Shown in pieces: positions 1 through 9,116 of a stretch of DNA of 64,000 nt (within the stretch, counting starts at the first letter, position 1; every line of letters begins with the position of its first letter). The notes under the pieces are model-generated. The model did not search any database. It saw nothing but the letters and a program-made list of their open reading frames with translations, and was not told the origin of the DNA. Origin of the DNA: Akkermansia muciniphila (GTDB lineage: Bacteria; Verrucomicrobiota; Verrucomicrobiia; Verrucomicrobiales; V1-33); contig CAMDJM010000004.1 in NCBI GenBank assembly GCA_945900785.1, positions 15,512-79,511 on the forward strand, in the 5' to 3' direction. Both the position numbers and the translations under genes were made by a program.

Positions 1-161
1 TATACTGTGGTTCCGCTGCCGCCGAGGAGGGCGATAATAGAAGTATTGGCAGCCGCACGGAAGGCGGTCGCTCCTGTGATATTCACGGTGAGATCGGCAG
101 AGGCGGCACCCGCGAGAACGAGGCTGACGAGACCGGTGAGGATGAGTTGCTTGTTTTTCAT
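1..161 (-). CDS. 5' part of a secreted hypothetical protein (gene runs off the window start)
   Basis: The complement ATG at 161..159 opens MKNKQLILTGLVSLVLAGAASADLTVNITGATAFRAAANTSIIALLGGSGTTV, which is a signal-peptide-like N-terminus. The frame stays open to position 1. It is absent from the ORF track only because it is truncated. Confidence 0.45.
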   Translation of the reverse strand, partial: MKNKQLILTGLVSLVLAGAASADLTVNITGATAFRAAANTSIIALLGGSGTTV

Positions 162-207
162 TTTTATTAAGTTATGGTGTGTTTTAGGTGGTATGGCAAA
201 GTTCTAT

Positions 208-1062
208 TCAGGCATTGCGGCGGCGGCGCAGCGCAGTGGCGGCCACACCAAGTCCGAGGAGCATCGCACTGGTCGGCTCGGGAACCGCGGTGATGATGCC
301 GGATGAAGTGATGGCGAAGGTGGTCACATAGAGGCCGTCTCCGGCTGGAGTGTTGGGGGTCGCGGCGGCGTTTCCACGTCCGAGCAAACGATAGAGATCA
401 AGATACTCCACGGCTCCACCACCAAGGGGGGCCTGCACGCCACCGGTGAGAATTCCGCCAAAGGCGGCTCCATTCACTGGATTGAATTCATCCCAACTGT
501 TGATGCTGGTGTCTTCCGTCTGAACGGTGCCGCGGCCGCCACTGGTGGCGGTCTCCGTTTTACCCTGAAAGCCGCCCTGCATGGTTGCGATGCTGGTAGC
601 AACGGAAACCGTGGTGGCAGATGACGTGGTGCTGGTGCCGGACTGGGGAAGGTCCCAAGCCGTGGAGGCCCCGGCGGCGCTGGCATCCTTGGAAATATAA
701 ATGGCAGCACGTGGGTCGCCATTCACGACGGTATTGGCTCCTGAACCAGCGGGGTCCCGGACGGCAGCGATGCCCCAATACAGATCGGTGCGGGAGAACC
801 AGTCGCTTCCAAAGGTAGCGCTGAGGTCCACGCTGAGGTCACTGCTCGTGACTAATTTGGTGGGGGTATTCCGGTATTCGTAGGCGGGTCCAAGATTGAA
901 GACATACGAGGAGTTGGAGCCTGTGCCGCCGTTGGTATGGAAACCGAGGAGCAAATCACCTGGATTATAGATCACTGCAGCGGAAGCATTCATGCCTCCT
1001 AGGAGGAATCCGCAGGCAGATACTGCCGCAGACAGATACCTGACAGAAGTGGGTAGTTTCAT
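208..1062 (-). CDS. PEP-CTERM-anchored secreted protein, paralogue of the 1433..2635 product
   Basis: 284-aa ORF with an N-terminal signal peptide. The C-terminus is VPEPTSAMLLGLGVAATALRRRRNA, i.e. PEP motif, TM helix and Arg cluster. The first ~260 aa align with the neighbouring divergent gene (shared GDLLLGF, DLYWGIAAVRDPAGSGANTVVNGDPRAAIY, INSWDEFNPV, LDLYRLLGR). Confidence 0.85.
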   Translation of the reverse strand: MKLPTSVRYLSAAVSACGFLLGGMNASAAVIYNPGDLLLGFHTNGGTGSNSSYVFNLGPAYEYRNTPTKLVTSSDLSVDLSATFGSDWFSRTDLYWGIAAVRDPAGSGANTVVNGDPRAAIYISKDASAAGASTAWDLPQSGTSTTSSATTVSVATSIATMQGGFQGKTETATSGGRGTVQTEDTSINSWDEFNPVNGAAFGGILTGGVQAPLGGGAVEYLDLYRLLGRGNAAATPNTPAGDGLYVTTFAITSSGIITAVPEPTSAMLLGLGVAATALRRRRNA

Positions 1063-1432
1063 AGCGTTTGTTTGGGTTGGTATTGGAATGGAACAAACCT
1101 CAGCGGAGCCGGGAGCAGATTTTCGGACGATACCTCGTCACTGTCACTGGTCTGGATCACTGGGGTGCTCCACCCTTAGGAGGCGGAGTTGGGTATGGCA
1201 AATGCTTCGGGGTGGCGTTTCTGTCACTGAAGGCAAAGGGCAAAAACCTTCTTTATTTTCCCAGAATGGCGAAGTCGGACGATTCGCGGCAACCGTTTGA
1301 ATGTTACGAAACCTTCACGCAGCCTGGGTTGCTGGGAATGATGGCCGCCGGATAAGGATTAAATTAGAGCATCAGGAAGGAGACCTGCCATCCGGCTGCC
1401 TGAATTTTACTTTCCCATATCATCACATCACT

Positions 1433-2635
1433 ATGAAATTGCCCCACTCATTCCCCTCCGTTATGCTGGCTGCCATCGGGTTTGCGATGCCTGCAGCCCC
1501 TGCTTTCGCACAGATGACCTATACTGCAGGTGATCTCATCCTGGGTTTCCAGGCCACCGCCGGAGACGGCTCCAGCAGCACCTATGTTTACAATTTAGGA
1601 GCGGGCACCGGCTTCCGGAGCCACACCACCACGGGGCAGATCGCGAATTTGAAGGCAGATCTTGATGCCATTTTTGGGGAAGGCTGGTATGGCCGGGACA
1701 ACATTTACTGGGGCATCGCCGGGGTGCGGGACCCTGCCGGTTCCGGAGCCAATACGGTCGTGAATGGTGACCCGCGTGCCGCCATCTACCTTTCCAAGGC
1801 AGCCTCCACTCCGGGCACTTCCACCGCCTGGGACCTGCCTGCAAGTTCGGCTACCCTCTCCCCTACCACGATTTCGGTGGCCAGTTCCATCGCCACCATG
1901 CAGGGCGGGTTTTTGACCATTACCGGCGAAACAACCGTAACGCCGCTCAACCGCCGCACCCCAACCGCAAACAGCAACGGCAGGGGCACCGAACAATTGA
2001 CGTCGGATATCAATAGCTGGGACGAATTCAATCCAGTGGCCGGAGCTGCTTTTGGGGGCTATCTCACGGGAGGCGTTCAGGGCCAGTTGGGTTCAGCCAG
2101 TGCCAAAACCCACCTTGATTTGTATCGTTTGCTGGGACGGTCCAGCGCCTCTGCCACCCCCAATACGCCGGCGGGAGATGGGTTGCTCGTCGGGACTTTC
2201 TCCATCACCGCCCAGGGCATCGTTACTTTTGCGGCAGCGGCTGCCGCTTCCGCCTATGACACCTGGGCTGATTCCTTTTCCCTGGCTGGCGCGGACCGCG
2301 CCGGAACGGCAGACCCTGAAAAGGATGGCATTGCCAATTACGTCGAGTTCGTCATCGGCGGAAACCCAAAAACAGGAAGTGATTCTGACAAAATGCCAAC
2401 GTTGAGTCCCATTTCAGGGGAAGCTGTTCAGTTTGTATTCCGACGCGCCGATGCGGCGGCCTACCTGAACCCGCGGGCTGAATACGATGCAGACCTTCTC
2501 GGAACCTGGACCCCGGCGATTCCAAGTGCGGTCACGGTCATTAACGACGGCTTTGGAGTTGGCATCGACCGGGTTACCGTGACGGTGCCTGCCCCTGATC
2601 CGATTCAGTTTGTGCGGCTCCGTGTCGGACAATAG
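1433..2635 (+). CDS. secreted protein with the same passenger domain as 208..1062 but a different C-terminal module (Ca-binding-like DxDxDG motif plus beta module)
   Basis: The tracked ORF is 1301..2635. I prefer the ATG at 1433, which gives MKLPHSFPSVMLAAIGFAMPAAPAFAQ (signal peptide). The C-terminus has DPEKDGIANYVEFVIGGNP followed by ...VQFVFRR...DLLGTWT...QFVRLRVGQ. Confidence 0.85.
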   Translation: MKLPHSFPSVMLAAIGFAMPAAPAFAQMTYTAGDLILGFQATAGDGSSSTYVYNLGAGTGFRSHTTTGQIANLKADLDAIFGEGWYGRDNIYWGIAGVRDPAGSGANTVVNGDPRAAIYLSKAASTPGTSTAWDLPASSATLSPTTISVASSIATMQGGFLTITGETTVTPLNRRTPTANSNGRGTEQLTSDINSWDEFNPVAGAAFGGYLTGGVQGQLGSASAKTHLDLYRLLGRSSASATPNTPAGDGLLVGTFSITAQGIVTFAAAAAASAYDTWADSFSLAGADRAGTADPEKDGIANYVEFVIGGNPKTGSDSDKMPTLSPISGEAVQFVFRRADAAAYLNPRAEYDADLLGTWTPAIPSAVTVINDGFGVGIDRVTVTVPAPDPIQFVRLRVGQ

Positions 2636-2660
2636 TCCCTGAGCACCATTTCAACACAAA

Positions 2661-2707
2661 CCAGGATTTTGGCGATGGCCCAGCTGTCGCCGGAATCCTG
2701 GTTTTCC
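2661..2707 (+). terminator. rho-independent terminator candidate after the 1433..2635 gene
   Basis: ccaggattttggcga (2661-2675) pairs with tcgccggaatcctgg (2687-2701), a 15-bp stem with two G-U pairs. It is followed by ttttcc. Confidence 0.6.
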
Positions 2708-2862
2708 TGTCTCCACGGTTTGGACCCGGCGCAATAATCCGTGAAGGGAAGAAGTAGTGGACCCAAGCCATTTCATCCTGGCCGCAGTGGCAGGGTAGCT
2801 GCGGGTGCGTGGCTATCCCTGCACCCCCCTGCTGATGGAATACCCATTGCTACTGCACTCAA

Positions 2863-3816
2863 TTAAAATTTCGCAGGCGATTCATGGGGCGGGGTGTTCG
2901 CCCAGCGGGTGCGGGTCGGTTCGTCTGATAACGACGCCTCAAACTTGGGCTTCCATGAGTCATAATCCTTTTGGCTGCTCCAGCCTTTGGGGGCACTCCC
3001 CAAGGGCTCAGCCGGAGTTGTGCCTTGCCTGCTGGATGATGCTGGAGGCAGGCTGGCGGCTGGAGAAGAACTGGCAATTTCGATCCCGCCAGCATCCGGT
3101 GTTTTTGGGGCATCAGCCGGAATGCCGCTGCTCGATGGACGGGTGTGAAATTGGGAGGCACTGGCGATGATGCTTCCCACCACCAGACAGGCCAACAAGG
3201 CCATCAGGGGTAAGGTCCGCCGTGGCGATTCCTCCAGGGCCATCATGGCCGGGTTTGACGTGGCATCAAAATCCAACCCGATGGGATGGTTGGCCTCCAT
3301 CTGGCTGACGTTTCTGCTCTGGCTGCCTGGCGCAACCTGAAGAGCCGCCAGCGGGGTATCGGGGATCAGGAGTTTGCGCATGTTTTCCAGAGGCTCCAGC
3401 GCGCCGGGGTTTTGGTTTTTGGTGGGGAGCACCCGCGAGGAGGTGCGGGGTGTGATGGCTTCGAGCTGGGGGTTGGTGTAGATCCGTTGCGTTTCGCGAC
3501 GGGCTGCAGCTGCTTCGCTGCGGGCGGTTTTGGGCTCAAGGCGGCGGGGGGTCAGGTCTTCAATGGGGGCTGCGTTGGGGAACTTGGTGGCGTAATCCAG
3601 ATAGAGACGGATGCCGGCTTCCACGGTGCGCCAGTCTGTTTCCAAGTCGCCGTTTTCGGTGGCTTGCTTGGCCTGCAACATTTCCCCAATCCGGGCGGCG
3701 ATCAGGTCCGGCGGGATTTGCTCCTGGATGGCACTGGTGGTTTGCGTCGGCAAACGAGGTGGCGCTCCAACAGCATCCTCATTTGACGGGGACCTACGGG
3801 TAATGGGGAATTTCAT
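2863..3816 (-). CDS. hypothetical single-pass membrane protein
   Basis: 317-aa ORF with an ATG at 3816. One hydrophobic helix (PLMALLACLVVGSIIASA) lies between a charged N-terminal region and a Pro/Ser-rich tail. I recognise no family motif. Confidence 0.6.
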   Translation of the reverse strand: MKFPITRRSPSNEDAVGAPPRLPTQTTSAIQEQIPPDLIAARIGEMLQAKQATENGDLETDWRTVEAGIRLYLDYATKFPNAAPIEDLTPRRLEPKTARSEAAAARRETQRIYTNPQLEAITPRTSSRVLPTKNQNPGALEPLENMRKLLIPDTPLAALQVAPGSQSRNVSQMEANHPIGLDFDATSNPAMMALEESPRRTLPLMALLACLVVGSIIASASQFHTRPSSSGIPADAPKTPDAGGIEIASSSPAASLPPASSSRQGTTPAEPLGSAPKGWSSQKDYDSWKPKFEASLSDEPTRTRWANTPPHESPAKF

Positions 3817-3954
3817 TCACACAACAAACACAGCGCCCTCTCCTGCTGCAACTTGCGCAATGCAACAAGCTCGACCGCCGCGCGGGGCGGGTATGTGACT
3901 GCTTTGTTGCAAAGGCTTCCGGAACCCGCCTGGATTTGGGAATCAAGGGGGGCT

Positions 3955-4941
3955 TCACCCCACCTTCACCTTCACGCCGTGACTGGCGGTGATGGTGCCC
4001 AGCACTTGACCTTTCAGGCCACAGGCGAGGGCGGCGTCCTTCTGCGCGGCGGGGATGATGACGACCCAGCCGTAGCCCATGTTGAAGGTGTTGAGGCGGT
4101 CGGCGGCATCGACGTGTTTGAGGACTTTGGGGATGGCTCCGAGGGTCCACTCGGGGATGGTGAGGTCGGCACCTTTGGTGCCGAGGAAGCGCTCGAGGTT
4201 TTCCACGAGGCCGCCGCCGGTGATGTGGGCCATGGCTTTGAGGTCGATGTTCGCGGCTTTGAGGGCGTTGACTTCCTCGTGATAGAGCCGGGTGGGGGCG
4301 AGCATGGCGATGATTTCCTCCTTCGTGAAATCGGCGGGGTTTTCGCGGAGGACGCGGCGGACGAGGCTCCAGCCGTTGGCGTGGAAGCCGTCGGAAGGAT
4401 AACCAATCACGGCATCGCCGGGCCCGACGCGGGAAGGGTCGAGGAGGTCGGGCTTTTCGACGGCTCCGATGGCGAAGCCGCTGAGTTCCACCATTCCTTC
4501 GGGGACGATGCCGGGCATTTCGGCGGTCTCGCCACCGGCGAGGATGCAGTTGCAGGCGCTCAACCACTCGGTCATGCCAGCGATGAGGCGGGAGATTTGT
4601 GGTTTGTCGATTTTCGGGATCCCGATGTAATCGAGGAACATGATGGGATCGCCACCAGTGGTCAGGACGTCGTTGACGTTCATGGCCACGAGGTCCTTGC
4701 CGGCGGTTTCGAGGAGGTCGTGCTCAAGGAGGAGTTCCAGCTTGGTGCCGACGCCGTCGCAGCCGGTCACGATGACGGGCTGTTTGTAATCGCTGAGGTC
4801 GTAGGCAGCGGCGAAGAGTCCGAACGCGCCGAGGAGCTTGCGTTTGCCTTCGGTGCGGCGGCGGAGGTCGCCGATATCGCCGACGAGTTCGGCGGCAGTT
4901 TTAATATCAACGCCGGAGTCTTTGTAGGTAAGGCCGCTCAT
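3955..4941 (-). CDS. purM: phosphoribosylformylglycinamidine cyclo-ligase (AIR synthetase)
   Basis: 328 aa. It starts MSGLTYKDSGVDI and contains GCDGVGTKL, DLVAMNVNDVLTTGGDP and LAGGETAEMPG, the typical PurM motifs. Confidence 0.95.
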   Translation of the reverse strand: MSGLTYKDSGVDIKTAAELVGDIGDLRRRTEGKRKLLGAFGLFAAAYDLSDYKQPVIVTGCDGVGTKLELLLEHDLLETAGKDLVAMNVNDVLTTGGDPIMFLDYIGIPKIDKPQISRLIAGMTEWLSACNCILAGGETAEMPGIVPEGMVELSGFAIGAVEKPDLLDPSRVGPGDAVIGYPSDGFHANGWSLVRRVLRENPADFTKEEIIAMLAPTRLYHEEVNALKAANIDLKAMAHITGGGLVENLERFLGTKGADLTIPEWTLGAIPKVLKHVDAADRLNTFNMGYGWVVIIPAAQKDAALACGLKGQVLGTITASHGVKVKVG

Positions 4942-5063
4942 GGGAGGTGGGGAAGTTATTAGTTATTGATTATTAGTTATCAGGACGGCGGGCGCTGCGT
5001 CGGGAAGTTCCGGAGCAAGGTCACTAATAACCAGTAACCATTAACTCCTCCACCCCCCTCCCA
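4942..5063. repeat. long imperfect inverted repeat filling the whole purQ-purM intergenic space
   Basis: The left arm is gggaggtggggaagttattagttattgattattagttat (4942-4980). The right arm is tcactaataaccagtaaccattaactcctccacccccctcc (5021-5062). The arms are roughly complementary over ~40 nt, AT-rich, and flank a GC-rich centre. Confidence 0.7.
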
Positions 5064-5801
5064 TCAGGCCACCAGCTTGCGTTGCCCGGAGATTTCGCGC
5101 CAGACGCTACGGAAGAGGTAATAGCCCCAGCCGTGGCGTTTGCGGGCACACCAGTCGGGGTCGTAGTGGTCTTCCGGTAGGATGAATCGCTCGGGATGGG
5201 GCATCAGGCCGAAGACGCGGCCGGTTTTGTCCTGAAGGGCGGCAATTTTCAGAGTGCTGCCATTGACATCGTCCTTGTAGGTGAGGGCGACGAGGCCTTC
5301 GTCCATGTATTGCTGGGCTTTGCCCTCAGCGGCGACGAAGCGCCCCTCTGCGTGGGCGATGGGGAGTTCGAAATCGTCCGGCAGATCGGCAAGATAAGGG
5401 CTGTGGGGGGCCACGTTTTTGAGCTTCACCCAGCGGCATTGGAAGCGGCCACTGGCGTTGTCGATCAGGCTGCCTTCGGGGAGGACGCCGAGCTTGGTCA
5501 TGATCTGGAAGCCATTGCAGATGCCGAGGACGTAGCCGCCGTTGGCAATGAATTTCTGGAGGGAGTCGCCGAGTTTCACCTCGCTGACGAGCTGGGCGAT
5601 GCGGCCGGCCATGACGTAGTCGCCGTAGCTGAACCCCCCGCTGAAGACCACGAGCTTCGCGGCGGCGAGGTGCTCCGGGGTGATCAGGGAGACGGGCACG
5701 ATGCTGGTGGAGAAACCGGCGGCTTCGAGGGCACGGGCGGTTTCGGCATCGCAGTTGGTGCCGGGAAATTTGATGAGAAGGGCGGGAGGAGTGGGCGACA
5801 T
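5064..5801 (-). CDS. purQ: phosphoribosylformylglycinamidine synthase, glutaminase subunit
   Basis: 245 aa. It contains KFPGTNCDAETA, FSGGFSYGDY, the nucleophile elbow LGICNGFQ, HAEGRF and MPHPER. Confidence 0.93.
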   Translation of the reverse strand: MSPTPPALLIKFPGTNCDAETARALEAAGFSTSIVPVSLITPEHLAAAKLVVFSGGFSYGDYVMAGRIAQLVSEVKLGDSLQKFIANGGYVLGICNGFQIMTKLGVLPEGSLIDNASGRFQCRWVKLKNVAPHSPYLADLPDDFELPIAHAEGRFVAAEGKAQQYMDEGLVALTYKDDVNGSTLKIAALQDKTGRVFGLMPHPERFILPEDHYDPDWCARKRHGWGYYLFRSVWREISGQRKLVA

Positions 5802-5963
5802 GGGGAGCAGGCGCGGGGCTAAAGCCTAAAAAGGGCGCGGGGGCAGGGATGGCAAGGGGGATTTCCTCGCCGATGCCGGGCCAGTGGGGGCCAGTCGGGG
5901 AAGATTTCTGCTTTTTTCGGGAAATCTGCTTCCTTCCCGTGTGGGAAGCGCTACGGTGCGCCC

Positions 5964-6704
5964 ATGGAAACGCCCCGTATGATTCGCTCCTGGACTTTGG
6001 TGTTGTTGGCTGCGGTGCTGGCTGCGCCGGTTCCGGCTACGGCACAACTCTTCAGCAAGCCCAGTGCCCTCTCCCGGGAAAAAGGAGCGCTCTATCTGGA
6101 GGACGCGACCAACCGGGAAATGAAGCTGCTCACCACGGCTGAGGCCCCCGTGTTTTCCAATCTGCGCGGTGAGCGGCGCCTGGGTGTTATTCCGGCGGGG
6201 CGCACGGTGGTGGTTATCGCGGTTAGTCCCAAGGCCCTGCGGGTGCGGGGCAGGGCGCTGCACGACAATGTAGTGGGGTGGATTTCCCGGAGCGCAGTCA
6301 CCCCCGTGCCGGAAAAGCTGGTCGACCAGATCCGGGCGGCCACGGAGCGCCGTCAGGCCGTGGAGGCCCTGATCGCCAAAAAGGAAATCGCCATGGGCAT
6401 GACGCCTGAGGAAGTGGAAGCATCCCTCGGGCCACCCTCCGAGCGCAACAGCCGGGTGGACGCCCAGGGCCGGCGCGAGTCCCTGGACTATATCACCTAC
6501 CGCACCGTTTCCCAACAGGTGCTGCAGTATGACCAATACGGGAGGGCCTACTACGTCCTCGTTCCTCAGAAAGTGGAGACGGGCCGGCGCAGTGTGGATT
6601 TTGTGAATGGAGTCGTAGCCTCCTACACCGAGAGCGAAAAACTCCGGGGCCGGGGCAACGGCCGCTTTGTCCCGCCACCGATAATTTTGGAAGGGGGATG
6701 GTGA
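5964..6704 (+). CDS. secreted hypothetical protein
   Basis: 246 aa with signal peptide METPRMIRSWTLVLLAAVLAAPVPATAQ. The middle region looks SH3b-like, and a GMTPEEVEASLGPP stretch resembles SmpA/BamE-type domains. This is a weak call. Confidence 0.6.
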   Translation: METPRMIRSWTLVLLAAVLAAPVPATAQLFSKPSALSREKGALYLEDATNREMKLLTTAEAPVFSNLRGERRLGVIPAGRTVVVIAVSPKALRVRGRALHDNVVGWISRSAVTPVPEKLVDQIRAATERRQAVEALIAKKEIAMGMTPEEVEASLGPPSERNSRVDAQGRRESLDYITYRTVSQQVLQYDQYGRAYYVLVPQKVETGRRSVDFVNGVVASYTESEKLRGRGNGRFVPPPIILEGGW

Positions 6705-6793
6705 TAGGCGGGTAGGGTGGGTTGGAATGAAGCCGGTGTTGGGTGGTGAGGTGAGTTGGGGAGAAATTCACGGGCCGGAGCCCCGTGCTCCTT

Positions 6794-6912
6794 TTTGGCA
6801 GGAACGGGGTAGGCCTTCATGGCAGCGGCGGCGTAGGCGGCGGGGCGCGAGTCGGTGGCAAGGGGGTTGTTTGACGATGAAGTGGTCGCTGGTTTCCAAC
6901 GTAGCCCGATGG
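6794..6912 (-). pseudogene. decayed fragment of a paralogue of the kinase-fold gene at 12719..13597
   Basis: The nucleotide stretch ttttggcaggaacggggtaggccttcatgg...tttgacgatgaagtggtcgc aligns with 12967..13091. It translates to DHFIVKQP...MKAYPVPAK versus DHLIVKQPLATDYRPAAYADRAAAAMRAYPVPAK. A 1-nt insertion after CAACCCC and a 2-nt indel break the frame, and there is no start or N-terminal part. Confidence 0.7.
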
Positions 6913-7036
6913 CAAAGTGAAGTTGGTGGTGAATTTTCTGTTGGCCTTCTTCCCCTGAGCGCAGTTCTGAAAATCACCTTGGAAACTGGGTTCGTAAATA
7001 GAATCCGTGGTTTACGACCCGCGGGGGAATGAGAAT

Positions 7037-7852
7037 TCAGGACAACAACTCGCCGATGACGACAGCGGATTCGCGACTGAAGAGCAGAGCGACCGCGCCG
7101 CCACGCGTCCAGGTGGCGAGGGTGCAGCCCTCCACGCTGCAGAAGCCGGGCAGCGCGCCCTCCGGCGGTGAGTCCAGCAAGGCGGCGGCGGGAGTGCAGA
7201 AGAGGTGCAGTTCCCTCATGCCGGGCAGGAGGAAGCACTCCAGGCTCACAGGATGGCCATCGACCTGATATAGGTGGCAGCCTTTCCGGGGCAGTGCCGC
7301 GAGTTTGTCAGGAAGAGGGCCGGCCCGGGGGGCCTTGTAATATCCCATCCAGCCATTGATGGCGGCGGGATCCATGCTCATGAGCGAAAGCTGGACTCCT
7401 GATTTACTGACACCCGCGAGTTCCCGTTTGAGGCGGTGCATGGAGAAAGCGGCAGTGCGCCACCAATGGACGGATCCGGCCACGAGGGCGGCCGCCGCTG
7501 CCGCGCCCCAGCCAAGCCAGGCCCGGCGGCGGAAGGGGACCACGTTGGACGTTTCAGAAACCGTTGGGATTTGCACGGCCCCGAGCACCGTTTTTTCCAG
7601 GAAAGCCGGGGGATCCGCCGCGCCCCGGGCCGCCCGCATTGCCGTTAACATGGCGGTCTCGAATCCAGGCGGCGGCTCTGCCCGGTGCAGCGCGCTGCCC
7701 ATGGCCACGTCCAAGGCGTGTTCTGTGGCGAGCTGTTCATTCATCCCGGGCAGCGCGGCGGCGGCAGCGCGGGCAGCCACCACCGCAGGCTCGTGCTCGT
7801 CCGCTCCGGACGGGCGCGCGGCGCGCAACAGATGGTATTGTTCCTGGTTCAT
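7037..7852 (-). CDS. anti-sigma factor (membrane-spanning), partner of the upstream ECF sigma
   Basis: 271 aa. Its start overlaps the sigma gene stop by 4 nt (ATGA at 7849-7852). A central TM segment (AWLGWGAAAAAALVAGSV) separates a cytoplasmic N-terminal part from an extracytoplasmic C-terminal domain. The call rests on position and topology. Confidence 0.7.
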   Translation of the reverse strand: MNQEQYHLLRAARPSGADEHEPAVVAARAAAAALPGMNEQLATEHALDVAMGSALHRAEPPPGFETAMLTAMRAARGAADPPAFLEKTVLGAVQIPTVSETSNVVPFRRRAWLGWGAAAAAALVAGSVHWWRTAAFSMHRLKRELAGVSKSGVQLSLMSMDPAAINGWMGYYKAPRAGPLPDKLAALPRKGCHLYQVDGHPVSLECFLLPGMRELHLFCTPAAALLDSPPEGALPGFCSVEGCTLATWTRGGAVALLFSRESAVVIGELLS

Positions 7853-8394
7853 ACAGCGGGTTGGAGGAGCCGGCGGAGGGCATCTTTGGCGCGGCTCAGG
7901 CGGGACATTACGGTGCCGGCGGGCACACCGAGGATTTCCGAGATTTCACGGTAACTAAGATCTTCCACATAGAAAAGCGACAACACGGAGCGGTGTGGTT
8001 CCTCCATTTTCGCCAGCGTCTCCACGGCGGTGCGGCTGTCCACGCGGAGTTCCTGGGCTGAGGAATAGCCGGGGTCCGGCTCGAGATGGATTTCCTGGAA
8101 TTCCACGGCGTGGCGCTCCCGCCGCCTCAGCAGGAGGAACTCCCGGTGCAGGGTGGTGTAAAGCCAGGATTTGATGGCCCCGTCCTCCCGGATGTCGTCA
8201 TATTTCCTGGCAAATTTCACGGCGGTCTGCTGCGTGAGATCGGCGGCATCGGACTCGTGTCCGGTCAAAGTCAGGGCATAGCGGTAGAGCTGCCGGTAGT
8301 ATTGCAGGATCACGGTTTCCAGCCACGCCTGCACTGCCGCCCCATCCGTTGCAGGAGGGCGGGGAGGCAGCGCGGGCGGGACCACGTGGAACAT
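7849..8394 (-). CDS. ECF-type RNA polymerase sigma-70 factor
   Basis: 181 aa. The region-2 motif is DAADLTQQTAVKF...SWLYTTLHREF. The region-4 HTH is LSYREISEILGVPAGTVMSRLSRAKDALR. Confidence 0.92.
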   Translation of the reverse strand: MFHVVPPALPPRPPATDGAAVQAWLETVILQYYRQLYRYALTLTGHESDAADLTQQTAVKFARKYDDIREDGAIKSWLYTTLHREFLLLRRRERHAVEFQEIHLEPDPGYSSAQELRVDSRTAVETLAKMEEPHRSVLSLFYVEDLSYREISEILGVPAGTVMSRLSRAKDALRRLLQPAV

Positions 8395-8408
8395 TGGTGG
8401 AGGGACTT

Positions 8409-9038
8409 TTAGCAGCGGCGGCGGCGCAAGGCGAGGGCCAATCCCGCGAGCATCAGCCCCCAGGAGGCCGGCTCCGGCACTACGGTCAGCCGCAGCACCG
8501 GGGTGCTGCCGGACACGGAAGCGGGGCCAGGCGTTATACTGTCAGGGAAGACCAGCGCCGGAGGGCCTCCGCCGGCACTTTCAAACCGGGCGATGGTCCC
8601 GGCGGTGAGGGTCAGGTCGAGTCCGGTGAACTGACCCGCTGGATCCGCCAGCACCGCCGTGCCGAACAATTCAGCGCCGAAATGGAGCGTGTTTTCCCCG
8701 AGCAGGTCCACGCCGCCAAGGGTGAAGGTCAGGCTATCCCCCGGCAGGAGCAATGGCAGTCCGGTGCCCCCGACCAGCGGCGGGAAGACGGCCGCCGCCG
8801 TATCCAATGTCAGGAGAAAACCCAATTGCGGCAGGGTTTCCATCCCACCCTCCGCCGGAGTGAAAATAACATCGGTGAAGTCCTGGACACCGCCCGTGAA
8901 GAGCGAGGGATCGAAGGCGAAGGAATCCGCCGGGGCGAGATTCGTCAGGGTGAATTGCAGCGTGGCGGCCGGGGCGGAGGCTGCTCCGCAGAGCAGCAAG
9001 GCGAGGGCGACGGAGCCGCAAGAGTATGGGAATAACAT
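8409..9038 (-). CDS. PEP-CTERM sorting-domain protein
   Basis: 209 aa with a signal peptide. The C-terminus is VVPEPASWGLMLAGLALALRRRRC. Confidence 0.85.
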   Translation of the reverse strand: MLFPYSCGSVALALLLCGAASAPAATLQFTLTNLAPADSFAFDPSLFTGGVQDFTDVIFTPAEGGMETLPQLGFLLTLDTAAAVFPPLVGGTGLPLLLPGDSLTFTLGGVDLLGENTLHFGAELFGTAVLADPAGQFTGLDLTLTAGTIARFESAGGGPPALVFPDSITPGPASVSGSTPVLRLTVVPEPASWGLMLAGLALALRRRRC

Positions 9039-9116
9039 GGGATAAAATGGGTGTGCGGGACCGCCCCGGCACGGAGCCGGAACGATCCCGCGGATTGCAG
9101 GCAGGGGGGATATGAA

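Noticed and set aside
7-306. A 99-aa plus-strand ORF at the window start.
   Set aside because: It overlaps, in antisense, both the truncated signal-peptide gene (1..161) and the 3' end of the PEP-CTERM gene, and it has no motif.
6768-7238. A 156-aa minus-strand ORF, and ORF 6623..6820, in the spacer after the 5964 gene.
   Set aside because: The upstream half overlaps the anti-sigma gene in another frame. Only a ~120-nt core resembles anything (the kinase-like gene), and it is frameshifted. I interpret it as a pseudogene relic, not a gene.
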